A stretch of 32,000 bases of DNA from Aeropyrum pernix K1. GTDB taxonomy: Archaea > Thermoproteota > Thermoprotei_A > Sulfolobales > Acidilobaceae. The position numbers were made by a program, and so were the translations under genes. The stretch lies in contig NC_000854.2 in NCBI RefSeq assembly GCF_000011125.1, positions 1,440,001 through 1,472,000 of the forward strand, in the 5' to 3' direction. Of the stretch, positions 16,324 to 25,132 are shown piece after piece. Position 1 is the stretch's first letter. Each line of letters begins with the position of its first letter. The notes under the pieces are model-generated. The model was not told where the DNA came from. It saw only the letters and a program-made list of their open reading frames with translations, and did no database searches.

Positions 16324-17064
16324 TTAGCTTTCGCTGTTGCAGAGTCTCGAGCATACCTCACGGTATATGTCCCGCACGCCTTTGATCCCTTGCTCGAACT
16401 CCAGTTTATAGCCAAACCTCACCACCTCGGGCCTGTAGCCCAGTCTTGCCTCCACCATGGCAGCCAACTGTTCCTCGTCGAACCCTTGGTCAGGCCCCAA
16501 TACTATAATGTCGGGCTTCACTTTCTCCACAGAATCGAGGAAGTCCTTTTCGCTTCCTAGAAAAGCGTTGTAGACGTATCTGACAGCCGAAACAACCTTG
16601 AGCCTAGACTTCTCCCCCAATATGGGCTTTCTCCCCTTAATCTTCTCCACCGTCGAGTCCCGGGCGATAACCACGTACAGCTTGCCCAAGCTGCTAGCGT
16701 ACCTAAGGAGCTCCACGTGGCCTGGATGGAGTATCTCGAAAGTCCCCCCTACGAACACCCTTTTCTCCTCAAAACCCTCATCAGGCCACTCAGGCTCAAG
16801 CACGCCCAAGTATTTAAGAGAGTCTATCAAGCCCTCCGCGTAGCTGGCGGCGGAGAGGGCTGTAGCGTAGTCACCCTTTGCAGCATAGTATTCCGCGTCC
16901 CCAACATACCTCTCAGCAGCGTCGATAAGACTCTCTATATCTATCGAAATACTCCTTCTATCATTCTCCTGTCCAAGCCTTGATTTCAGCCTCTCCACAG
17001 CCGTCTTGGCGTTTCTAATATACTTCAGGGCTCTCTCTGCGATAACATCAGCCTCTGTAGCCAC
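16324..17064 (-). CDS. DUF357-like helical domain fused to cytidylyltransferase-like (FAD synthetase/RibL-type) domain
   Basis: GGTFEILHPGHVELLRYA nucleotidyltransferase motif; N-terminal AERYVGDAEYYAAKGDYATALSAASYAEGLIDSLKYLG; GTG start at 17064 preceded by GGGGGGTGG (ORF track starts at 17094). Confidence 0.75.
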   Translation of the reverse strand: MATEADVIAERALKYIRNAKTAVERLKSRLGQENDRRSISIDIESLIDAAERYVGDAEYYAAKGDYATALSAASYAEGLIDSLKYLGVLEPEWPDEGFEEKRVFVGGTFEILHPGHVELLRYASSLGKLYVVIARDSTVEKIKGRKPILGEKSRLKVVSAVRYVYNAFLGSEKDFLDSVEKVKPDIIVLGPDQGFDEEQLAAMVEARLGYRPEVVRFGYKLEFEQGIKGVRDIYREVCSRLCNSES

Positions 17065-17123
17065 TTCAGCGCCACCCCCCGGGCGCTCGGGCACCCTAAA
17101 TGCTTCTAGGCAGATAAGATGTA

Positions 17124-17744
17124 TTATGCTGTGTACAACTCGGCCTTAACAACACTTCCTAGAATCCTTACAAGCGCATACCTCCCCTCATACGCGGGCC
17201 CTGGGTTGACGAAGACGGTGCCTCCTATGGATTCAATGCCCGGCGACTCGTGGATATGCCCGAACAGGTGGGCTCTAGGCTTCAGCGAATCAACAAGGCT
17301 CCTGAGGTCGTGTAGACCCGCTCTAACGCCGGCGAAGGTAGTGTCGAGCACTCCGTGGGGCGGATGGTGGGTGAGCAGGACGTCCACTGTCAACCCGCTA
17401 GACTCCAGGGATCGCAGAAGCATTTCCATGCTAGTCCTAGGATCCATACCACCAACCCCACCGAACACTAGGCCACCCACTCTATCCACCCTCCCATCCA
17501 TAAGGACGCCAGCGCTACGTAGAACCCTCCTCACCCCGGCGTGGTCTAGATTTCCAGTCACAGCAACGAGGGGCACACCCTCTCGCCTCGACCACTCAAC
17601 TATTGCTACTGCCGCCTTCTCACACTCGAAATCGCCCGTGGCTGCTACCGTTGAGGGTTTTACAGGGAGAGACGATATAATGTCCTCTAGCCTCCTGAGG
17701 CTGCAGTGGATGTCCGAGACGTGAAGTATAACGCTTCCACCCAA
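17124..17744 (-). CDS. Metallophosphoesterase (calcineurin-like)
   Basis: HVSDIHCS, ATGDFE, VTGNLDH, LTHHPPHG, FGHIHE motifs; TTG start at 17744 preceded by GGGGGAGG (ORF track starts at 17879). Confidence 0.85.
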   Translation of the reverse strand: MGGSVILHVSDIHCSLRRLEDIISSLPVKPSTVAATGDFECEKAAVAIVEWSRREGVPLVAVTGNLDHAGVRRVLRSAGVLMDGRVDRVGGLVFGGVGGMDPRTSMEMLLRSLESSGLTVDVLLTHHPPHGVLDTTFAGVRAGLHDLRSLVDSLKPRAHLFGHIHESPGIESIGGTVFVNPGPAYEGRYALVRILGSVVKAELYTA

Positions 17745-17852
17745 TCCAATCCTCCCCCTACGGGATAGCGGTACAGTGGTGCAGGTAAGCCAGATCACTA
17801 TATCCATGCGTGTACATAAAAATTGCTGCAAGAAACATAAGATGATTATTAG

Positions 17853-19575
17853 GTGGGTTGTTTGGAGGAAATCCGACATAATGCAGCCGAGGCTTACCTC
17901 TCTCGCCCTTGGCTTAAGAAGTATGACGAGGGAGTTCCCGCCGATATCGAGATCCCGGATAAACCCCTCTACTGGATCCTGGAGGAGAGCGCCTCGAGGT
18001 TCCCAAGCAGGACTGCACTTTTATTCTATGGGAGGAGGGTCACTTATAGGGAGCTGTTGGAGTCTGCTCTCCAAGTTCGCTGGGTATCTCCGCTCCCGCG
18101 GCGTCGGTAAGGGGGATGTCGTCGGGCTCTTCCTCCCCAACTCCCCCCAGTTCGCCATAGCCTTCTACGGAGCCCTAATTGCGGGTGCCATTGTCAGCCC
18201 TATGAATGTGCTCTACAGCCCCCGGGAGATACGCCATCAGCTCTCGGATAATAAGGCTAGGGTTCTTGTGGCGCTGGACATGTTCAAAGACAGGGTGCTG
18301 GCAGGTCTTCCGAGCAGTGTTGAAGAGGTCCTCTGGACCGGCATACAGGACTATCTCCCCGGGCTCAAGGCCCTGCTTTACAAGCTGTTCAAGAAGCCTC
18401 CTAGCCCCCCGAAGGGCGGTATACACAAGAAGTTTACTGATGCCCTTAAGCACGAGCCCATAGACTCTAAGCCCGAGATAAACCCGCACGAGGATGTAGC
18501 CGCCTTAATGTACACAGGCGGCACCACTGGCACCCCTAAAGGCGCTATGCTGACGCACAGGAACCTGCTGGCAAACGTCCTACAGATAGACGCCTGGTTC
18601 AAGAGGGGTGTAAGGGGTAAAGACGTTTTCGTGGGAGCTCTTCCATGGTTCCACATCTACGGCCTTACTGCAGTCCTAAACAGCGGGGTCCAAAAGGCTG
18701 CTACGATAATCGTCTATGCAAGGCCGAATATCGAGGAGATAATGAGGGATATTGAGAGGTATAAGGCCACGGTCTTCCACGGGGTGCCCACACTATACAG
18801 GATGATTATAAACCACCCCAAAGTTGAGAAGTTCAACCTAAGAAGCCTAGAGGTGTGTATAAGCGGCGCCGAGCCTCTCCCCAAGGCTGTAGCAGAAAGG
18901 TTTATGGAGATTACCGGGGCAAAGCTGAGGGAGGGCTACGGCCTGACAGAGACCAGTCCCGTGACTCACGTGAACCCCATAATGGGCGAGGCCCGCTACG
19001 GCAGCATAGGCATCCCGGTACCATCAACCGTAGCGGCGGTTGCCGATCCAGAGTCCCCCGCAATTCTCGAGCCCGGGCAGGTGGGGGAGCTCGTGGTATC
19101 GGGCCCTCAGGTTATGAAGGGCTACTACAACAGGCCTGAGGAGAACGAGAAGGTTTTCTTCGAGTGCTGCGGGCTGAGGTGGCTGCGCACGGGCGATATG
19201 GCGCGCATGGATGAGGACGGCTATTTCTACATAGTTGACAGGAAGAAGGACATAATCAAGTACAAGGGTTACAGCGTCTTCCCGAGGGAGATAGAAGAGG
19301 TTCTATACCGCCACGAGTGCGTGAGGGAGGCTGCAGTCATTGGAGTCCCACACCCCGAGTATAACGAGGTGCCGAAGGCCTTCGTCGCCCTAAGGGACGA
19401 GTGTAAGGGCAAGGTAAAGCCCGAGGATATAATAGAGTTCGCCAGGAAGCATCTTGCACCGTACAAGGTGCCTAAGGAGGTTGAGATAAGGGAGGACCTC
19501 CCAAAGAGCGGGGTAGGCAAGATACTTAGAAGAGTTCTAAGGGAGGAGGAGCTGAAAAAGAGGGGGCAGGCTTGA
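17853..19575 (+). CDS. Acyl-CoA synthetase / AMP-dependent ligase, interrupted by an apparent +1 frameshift at 18069-18073
   Basis: N-terminus in the 17853 frame (AEAYLSRPWLKKYDEGVPADIEIPDKPLYWILEESASRFPSRTALLFYGRRVTYRELLESAL), remainder in the 17776 frame (KFAGYLRSRGVGKGDVVGLFLPNSP... MYTGGTTGTPKGAM ... GYGLTETSP ... YFYIVDRKKDIIKYKGYSVFPREIEEVL). Confidence 0.85.
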
Positions 19576-19591
19576 GAGGGTCAAAACAACA

Positions 19592-19828
19592 CTAGCAACC
19601 ACAGCCGTGCCCATGCCCGTGGTGGCCGTGGTGCTCATGATGCTCATGGTGTTCGTGGCCAGGCATGCCCTGAGGGCCGTGGGTTAAGTAGTACTCGGGG
19701 TTCTTCTCAAAGGCCGTTTTACACTGGGGGCTGCAGAAATAGTATATCTTCCCCTTATACACTGTTTTGTACATCGCGGAAGAAGTTTCTACCTCCATCC
19801 CACAGACGGGATCCACAGCTTTAGCCAT
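19592..19828 (-). CDS. YHS-domain protein with His/Gly/Cys-rich C-terminal tail
   Basis: VDPVCGMEVETSSAMYKTVYKGKIYYFCSPQCKTAFEKNPEYYL then GHEHHEHHEHHGHHGHGHGCGC. Confidence 0.85.
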   Translation of the reverse strand: MAKAVDPVCGMEVETSSAMYKTVYKGKIYYFCSPQCKTAFEKNPEYYLTHGPQGMPGHEHHEHHEHHGHHGHGHGCGC

Positions 19829-19943
19829 AACATCATACACCTATCTCATACCCTTGACATCCGAGGCTTTTAACACGTATATGGAGGCGCGGGTAGGCTA
19901 GTCAGTATCGTTGTAGAAAGTGAGGTGATTTCTAGCCGGGCAA

Positions 19944-21125
19944 CTAACCGCCAACAGCAATCTCTTCCAGCTTGAGTAGAGCCTCCTCGGCGGTGCTGGC
20001 ATATGCTCTCCTTACACCCGCACTACTTGCTATAAACTCTAGGGCCCTAGGATCCTTAAGACCGTGGCCTGTGAGTATCAGCACCACGCTTGAGCCAGAA
20101 GCTATGATGCCCTGGTTCCTCAGCTTTATGAGGCCTGCAAGGCTGGCTGCACTGGCAGGCTCTACCAGCATCCCCTCGTTCTCAGCGAGCGTGGCCGCCG
20201 CCTTTAGGATCTCGGCGTCGCTGACAGATATTATTAAACCGTCCGACTCCCTAACCGCTGCCAGGGCTTTCGCAGCGTTGACTGGATTGCCTATCCTTAT
20301 GGCCGAGGCTATGGTGCTCGGGTTTCTAACCCTCTCCACAGAGTCCATCTTCTCAACCCAAGCCCTGTACAGGGGGGAGGCGCCCTCAGCCTGGACCCCC
20401 ACCATCCTAGGCCTCATGCTGGGAAGGCCTAGGAGGCCGGCCTCTTTGAACCCTTTCCATATTGCAGATATGTTACCCGCATTACCCACAGGCACCACCA
20501 CATGGTCCACTCTGTCCACATCCTCTAGAATCTCGAAGGCAATGGTCTTCTGCCCCTCAAGCCTGTAGGGGTTTATGCTGTTGAGTGAGTACGCGAGCCC
20601 CTTCTCCGCAGCGGCCCTGGCAGCGTCGAGAGCATCGTCGAAGCTGCCCTCAACCTCAAGAACCCAAGCCCCAAGGGCGGCTATCTGGGAGAGCTTGCCC
20701 GAGGCTATACCCCCCTTCGGAATCAGTATAACCGGATTAAGCCCTGCTCTCCTAGCGTATGCTGCCATGCTAGCCGCAGTGTTACCCGTGCTTGCCGCTA
20801 CTACAAGTCGGTAGCTGAAGGACGAGGCGATGCTGACACCAACAGTCATACCCCTATCCTTAAAGCTGCCAGTAGGGTTTAGGAACTCGAGTTTCCCATA
20901 GACTTCAACCCCCATAGCCCTAGAAAGGTTCTCCAGCTTGACCAGCGGCGTAGAACCCTCCCCCATGGTCACGATCCTGCGTGGCCTCGGCAGGAGGTCC
21001 CTATACCTCCACACCCCCCTGCCCCTGGGCGATCCTCCGTCAATGTAGAAGGGCTCCAGAAGCCCCCCGCACTTAGGGCAGGTGAATAGACGAGGGGAGG
21101 ACGGATATTTGGAGCCGCAGGCCAC
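19944..21125 (-). CDS. thrC: Threonine synthase (start uncertain, probably upstream of 21125)
   Basis: EGSTPLVKLENL, NPTGSFKDRGM, ASTGNTAASMAAYA, PVGNAGNISAIWKG; N-terminal zinc ribbon. Confidence 0.9.
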   Translation of the reverse strand: MACGSKYPSSPRLFTCPKCGGLLEPFYIDGGSPRGRGVWRYRDLLPRPRRIVTMGEGSTPLVKLENLSRAMGVEVYGKLEFLNPTGSFKDRGMTVGVSIASSFSYRLVVAASTGNTAASMAAYARRAGLNPVILIPKGGIASGKLSQIAALGAWVLEVEGSFDDALDAARAAAEKGLAYSLNSINPYRLEGQKTIAFEILEDVDRVDHVVVPVGNAGNISAIWKGFKEAGLLGLPSMRPRMVGVQAEGASPLYRAWVEKMDSVERVRNPSTIASAIRIGNPVNAAKALAAVRESDGLIISVSDAEILKAAATLAENEGMLVEPASAASLAGLIKLRNQGIIASGSSVVLILTGHGLKDPRALEFIASSAGVRRAYASTAEEALLKLEEIAVGG

Positions 21126-21210
21126 GCATCTTAAACCGCTAGGACCCTCTACAACCTCGTCAATAGTCTCATCCCCACTATAGCCGAGAAGGATAGTGGG
21201 GAGGAGGCTA

Positions 21211-21220
21211 TATATAAGAG
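21211..21220 (-). promoter_or_regulatory. TATA box of threonine synthase gene
   Basis: CTTATATATA on minus strand. Confidence 0.45.
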
Positions 21221-21401
21221 GAGCGGGCTCGAAACCCTCTCTACACTAGCCGATAGCCCACCTCCCGGTGATACACGCTCCCGGGTAGTACCTACTGTAG
21301 ACGCCTATTATAAGTCGGCTCTCCACACATTAATTCTCGGGGGGTGTCCCCTTCCAGGCCAAACGGTGCACCGGTGTATTAGAAGACGGTGATTACGAGG
21401 T

Positions 21402-21968
21402 ATGAGCAGCAGTAGTAATGTCGACCCGGTATCCCAGGCTTTCAAAGAGGTTCTCGAGGAGATCTACTGGCAGGAGAGCCTTGAAGAGGCTGAAAAGAGG
21501 CTTGAAGAGTTCATAGCGTCTATGGACGAGGACCTCAGGGAGCTTCTACTCGAAAAGAGGAGAGAGTACTGTAGCAACCCTGAGGCCGTTGTATCGATAC
21601 TAAGCCTGGAGGCGCTTCTATCCTCTGAGGATTTGAAGGATGTTGAGCAGGAGTATAAGCAGGCTATGATAGCGAAGGCCATGATAAACGCTGCATTCCT
21701 TATCCAATGCACGCCAACGTGGAGCGAGCTAACCCCCGATGAGAAGGCGTGGGTGCTGGCGCCGCTCTACAAGGCCAGCTACGGCATAGAGTTGGCTCTC
21801 AAGGGCGATGCCATAGACAAGCTACATCTAAACCACGCCCTAGAGATGCTTGAAATCGCTCTTGCTAGGGCAGAGATGCTTGGTCTCGTGGAGGAGATGA
21901 GGGAGCATATCGAAATGATGGCCGAAAGACTCTTCGAGGAGAGTGGAAGCCCACACTCTGGGCCATAG
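21402..21968 (+). CDS. Hypothetical helix-rich acidic protein (188 aa)
   Basis: ATG ORF with balanced charged/amphipathic composition; no recognised motif. Confidence 0.65.
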   Translation: MSSSSNVDPVSQAFKEVLEEIYWQESLEEAEKRLEEFIASMDEDLRELLLEKRREYCSNPEAVVSILSLEALLSSEDLKDVEQEYKQAMIAKAMINAAFLIQCTPTWSELTPDEKAWVLAPLYKASYGIELALKGDAIDKLHLNHALEMLEIALARAEMLGLVEEMREHIEMMAERLFEESGSPHSGP

Positions 21969-22193
21969 CTCCGCGTATCGGAATGGCCGAATACACGCTT
22001 ATCACGGGCCTCATCTACAAGACCCCCATACACCTGTGCCAAAACCTCGTTCCAAAGAATAGGTTTGTCCTATGGTTGTGCTAGGGAGTGTTGTAGAGAC
22101 ATTTCTATTCTAGGCAGGACCATTCATCCCAGACTGAACCCTTGAGGGCATGATGTGGTAGTGTGGAGGTGGTCCGGGGGCGGGGGACCCTAA

Positions 22194-22307
22194 TGGTCCC
22201 GCCGCGGGGATTCGAACCCCGGACCACCCGGTGTCTGCGGGGAGACACCGGGTTACGCCGCCCGCGTCCCACTACAGCCGGGCGCTCTGCCGCTGAGCTA
22301 CGGCGGG
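22194..22307 (-). tRNA. tRNA-Tyr(GTA) with 39-nt intron at 37/38 and encoded CCA
   Basis: Acceptor CCCGCCG (22301-22307) pairs with CGGCGGG (22198-22204); C1-G72; D arm GCTC/GAGC; anticodon stem CCCGG/CCGGG; loop CTGTAG^A; T arm CGGGG-TTCGAAT-CCCCG; intron 22233-22271. Confidence 0.93.
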
Positions 22308-22422
22308 ACCACTATTCTAAACCAATTTCTGGAACCTATAAGGTTTGAAGCCGTCCACTCTACTGTAACGTGTCCCCCTGGTAGGCATGTAATAGCTTTC
22401 CCCCGCCAAATATCCTGGATGG

Positions 22423-22477
22423 GCGATGAGGATAGGCGGGCTTTTCTGAGACGTGTGATGAGTGCGGTCGTATCCGA
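22423..22477 (+). ncRNA. Candidate C/D box sRNA
   Basis: C-like GCGATGA (22423-22429), D' CTGA (22446-22449), C' GTGATGA (22455-22461), D-like CCGA (22474-22477); 12-nt spacer between C' and D. Confidence 0.3.
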
Positions 22478-22548
22478 GTCCGGCCGGTTTGTTTAAACTT
22501 CCGGATGGACAGTTACTTCTACATGGGTATAATGTGGGGTGGAATGTG

Positions 22549-23037
22549 TTGAGTGTGAAGCTCGAGGTTGTGGATATAGAGATTCCTGAGGGTGCTAACG
22601 TCATAATAGGTAGGAGCCATTTTATAAAGACGGTTGAGGACCTCTACGAGGCCCTCGTGACTAGCTGCCCCTCGCTGAAGTTTGGCATAGCTTTCTGCGA
22701 GGCCTCCGGTAAGAGGCTTGTCAGGCACGATGGAAATGATGAGGACCTCAGGAAGAAGGCTATCGAGGCCTGTATGAAGATAGGAGCAGGCCACGTTTTC
22801 GTGGTGTACATCAGGAATGGGTGGCCTATTAACGTGCTTAACGCCATAAAGAGCGTTCAAGAAGTGGTCTCGATAGACGCGGCTACAGCTAACCCTGTGA
22901 AGGTCGTTGTCGCCGACCTCGGGGAGCAGAGAGCCCTCCTCGGTGTGGCGGACGGGTTTAAGCCTCTAGGCGTTGAGGGCGAAGACGATATAAGGGAGAG
23001 GAAGGAGTTTCTGAGGAAGATAGGCTATAAACGGTGA
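22549..23037 (+). CDS. COG1839-family protein (adenosine-specific kinase annotated family)
   Basis: [30 protein letters not shown] ... [19 protein letters not shown] ... INVLNAI ... [11 protein letters not shown] ... [13 protein letters not shown]; TTG start with GGGGTGG upstream. Confidence 0.85.
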   Translation: MSVKLEVVDIEIPEGANVIIGRSHFIKTVEDLYEALVTSCPSLKFGIAFCEASGKRLVRHDGNDEDLRKKAIEACMKIGAGHVFVVYIRNGWPINVLNAIKSVQEVVSIDAATANPVKVVVADLGEQRALLGVADGFKPLGVEGEDDIRERKEFLRKIGYKR

Positions 23038-24944
23038 TTTTTGCCCCCTACACCTGCTTCCCCTTTATCGCTTGTGCCGGAGAGACCGAGCTTTTCTTTT
23101 ATCCACTTGAGCTTGAGCTCGAGCCTCTTCCTCCTGTGACGCGGCGACGCGAGTATACTGTGGCCGTGGCTTCCCTTGGTGAACACCACTAGGAAGCTTT
23201 CCTTGCCGTTGACCTTAAGAGCTGTGTGCATTGCGAGCGCCTGGTCTATGAAGCAGCGGTAATCCTCCATACTGTGAATTAGCATTACTGGAGTATTCAC
23301 GTTCTTTGCGTGAAATGCGGGGCTCCTTTTAACGTACTCCTCGAGATTGTCCAGGGGAGTGCCGCCTATCTGGTCGGGGTCAAACCAGTAACCTATGTCT
23401 GCCGCCCAGAAGTCCGCTATCCAGTCGGCTATGCCATTCTCGCTCACAGCTGCTCTGAACCTGCTCGTCTTCGTTACGATGACGTTTGTCATGTAACCGC
23501 CGTAGCTTATGCCAGTCACCGCCATCTTACCCTCGTCAACATCGCTACCCTCCACAACAGCGTCCAGGAACTTCATTAGCTGTTTGTAGTCGGTATCCCC
23601 ATACCTGCCTCTTATGTCGGCGAACTCCTCTTCATACCCGTCGCTACCCCTGGGGTTGGCGTAGGCCACTGTGAAGCCCTCGGATGCGAAGAGCTGCATC
23701 TCGCCGTAGAATCCATAGCCGTACATGCCCTTAGGACCTCCGTGTATGAATAGTATTAGGGGCTTCCTCCCCTCACCCTCCGGCTCTATGTACCAGCCCT
23801 CGACAACCTCGCCCTCCGCCTCTACTTCGACCCTCCGGGGCTTGTACAGTCTGAACTCCTCGACAACCCAGCGGTTAATGCTTGACACCCTCTCAACATC
23901 CCCGCCCTTAAACCTGTACACCTCCGGGGGCTCCGTTGGTGAGGAGGCTATGTACACAACCTCCTCTCCATTGGAGTCTGCCTGAACAACTATCATATCC
24001 CCCCTAACTAGGTCCTCAACCCGTCCTTCCACGGCGGCTATAACGCTCCTGCCCCTGTCTGCATAGACTATCACAGGCTCTCCTCCGAGCCCCCCTGCTA
24101 TAGACCATATATTCCTATCCAGGATACCGCATGTTAGGCAGGAAGCCTTGCCCCGATCCTCGAGGAGGTACAGCTTACTGTGGCTTGCAAGCCCTATCTC
24201 TCGTTTATGCGCCAGCATAAAGAGCTTCCCATTTATGCAGCGCAGCTGTGAGACCGTCAGGCCCTCGAGGACAGTCTCCGGCTCCCCACCACTAATGGGT
24301 ACGCTCTTGACCACAGTGTCTAGGGGATCGGCCCATCTTCTCAGGGTGACGTAATAGATGCTGTTGCCGCAAGGCTCGGCGGTAAGAACACCCAGGTCCT
24401 CGCTGGTGAGCCTCGAGGTCCTCCCAGACTCGGCGTCAACCAGGTGTATCTGGTCGGCTAGCCCCGCTACTAGACCGCTACTATCAAACCATAGGGGGAG
24501 TCTATCTGTGGCCACATAGTCTCCATCCTTGTCACGTGTTTTCTCGTCGGCCACAGGAGCTACAACGTACACCTTTGTGGCACTAGCCCATCCGAGCTCG
24601 GATACCCCATGGGTGAACCATGCTACCCTCCTAGGCTCGCCTCCTCTCCCAACGATGTAGAGGCCAGACCCCTTCTCACCCTTGCCCGAGCCCCTCCTGC
24701 TCGCGAATGCGAGCTTCGAGGCATCCGGGCTCCATGAGGGCATAGAGTCGCCCTCGCCCTGGTAGTAGGACTCGCCCCCTCCGCGCCAGACAACTCTTAT
24801 CTCAGGCCGATTCTTATTGGCTCCCAAATCAGGTATAACGGCAGAAAACGCTATGTCGCCCTTGCTCGAAAGCCGTGGTGAGGAGAGCCTGGCTATGCTT
24901 AGGAGAGCATCAACATCGAAGCGCCTAACATTCTCAGGCAACAA
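23025..24944 (-). CDS. S9 family serine peptidase (acylaminoacyl-peptidase / prolyl oligopeptidase-like)
   Basis: Beta-propeller N-terminus ([14 protein letters not shown]); [11 protein letters not shown] catalytic Ser, HSMEDYR Asp, GSHGHS His. Confidence 0.88.
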   Translation of the reverse strand: MLPENVRRFDVDALLSIARLSSPRLSSKGDIAFSAVIPDLGANKNRPEIRVVWRGGGESYYQGEGDSMPSWSPDASKLAFASRRGSGKGEKGSGLYIVGRGGEPRRVAWFTHGVSELGWASATKVYVVAPVADEKTRDKDGDYVATDRLPLWFDSSGLVAGLADQIHLVDAESGRTSRLTSEDLGVLTAEPCGNSIYYVTLRRWADPLDTVVKSVPISGGEPETVLEGLTVSQLRCINGKLFMLAHKREIGLASHSKLYLLEDRGKASCLTCGILDRNIWSIAGGLGGEPVIVYADRGRSVIAAVEGRVEDLVRGDMIVVQADSNGEEVVYIASSPTEPPEVYRFKGGDVERVSSINRWVVEEFRLYKPRRVEVEAEGEVVEGWYIEPEGEGRKPLILFIHGGPKGMYGYGFYGEMQLFASEGFTVAYANPRGSDGYEEEFADIRGRYGDTDYKQLMKFLDAVVEGSDVDEGKMAVTGISYGGYMTNVIVTKTSRFRAAVSENGIADWIADFWAADIGYWFDPDQIGGTPLDNLEEYVKRSPAFHAKNVNTPVMLIHSMEDYRCFIDQALAMHTALKVNGKESFLVVFTKGSHGHSILASPRHRRKRLELKLKWIKEKLGLSGTSDKGEAGVGGKNHRL

Positions 24945-24991
24945 CCGGGCACCGGACTATAGACTAGGTGTGTTGAAGACTTAAAGCCTGG

Positions 24992-25000
24992 CTATAAAAC
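24992..25000 (+). promoter_or_regulatory. TATA-like box, plausibly for the H/ACA RNA (possibly also usable in reverse for the 24944 gene)
   Basis: CTATAAAAC centred about 26-29 nt before the predicted RNA 5' end. Confidence 0.4.
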
Positions 25001-25024
25001 AATTATGGCTCATGAAGGGGGCTC

Positions 25025-25108
25025 AGGCCGGGGGCCCGCCCTGCCGCCGAAACCGGCCCGTAATCCTGCGGGCTCTTGGATGGGCGGCAGTTTCTGCCCC
25101 GGCCTACA
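25025..25108 (+). ncRNA. Single-hairpin H/ACA box guide sRNA candidate
   Basis: Lower stem AGGCCGGGG (25025-25033)/CCCCGGCCT (25097-25105); pocket GCCCGCC (25034-25040)/TTTCTG (25091-25096); upper stem CTGCCGCC (25041-25048)/GGCGGCAG (25083-25090); apical GCCCG/CGGGC; ACA at 25106-25108; 15 nt from upper stem to ACA. Confidence 0.7.
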
Positions 25109-25132
25109 CAATAGCGTTCAGAAGCCAGGTGT

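Noticed and set aside
17119-17724. 201-aa plus-strand ORF
   Set aside because: Fully antisense to the metallophosphoesterase, whose catalytic motifs are clear
17776-18070. N-terminal extension of the track ORF MVQVSQITISMRVHKNCCKKHKMII...
   Set aside because: Translation looks random and does not match acyl-CoA synthetases; the true N-terminus is in the 17853 frame before the frameshift
22171-22189. Hairpin GGTCC-N9-GGACC just downstream of tRNA-Tyr
   Set aside because: Only 5 bp with a G/C homopolymeric loop; could be a processing or termination aid but too weak to claim
25020-25110. Considered RNase P RNA, SRP RNA or 5S rRNA for this GC-rich intergenic block
   Set aside because: Too short and lacks the conserved sequences I recall for those RNAs; a single hairpin plus ACA fits H/ACA
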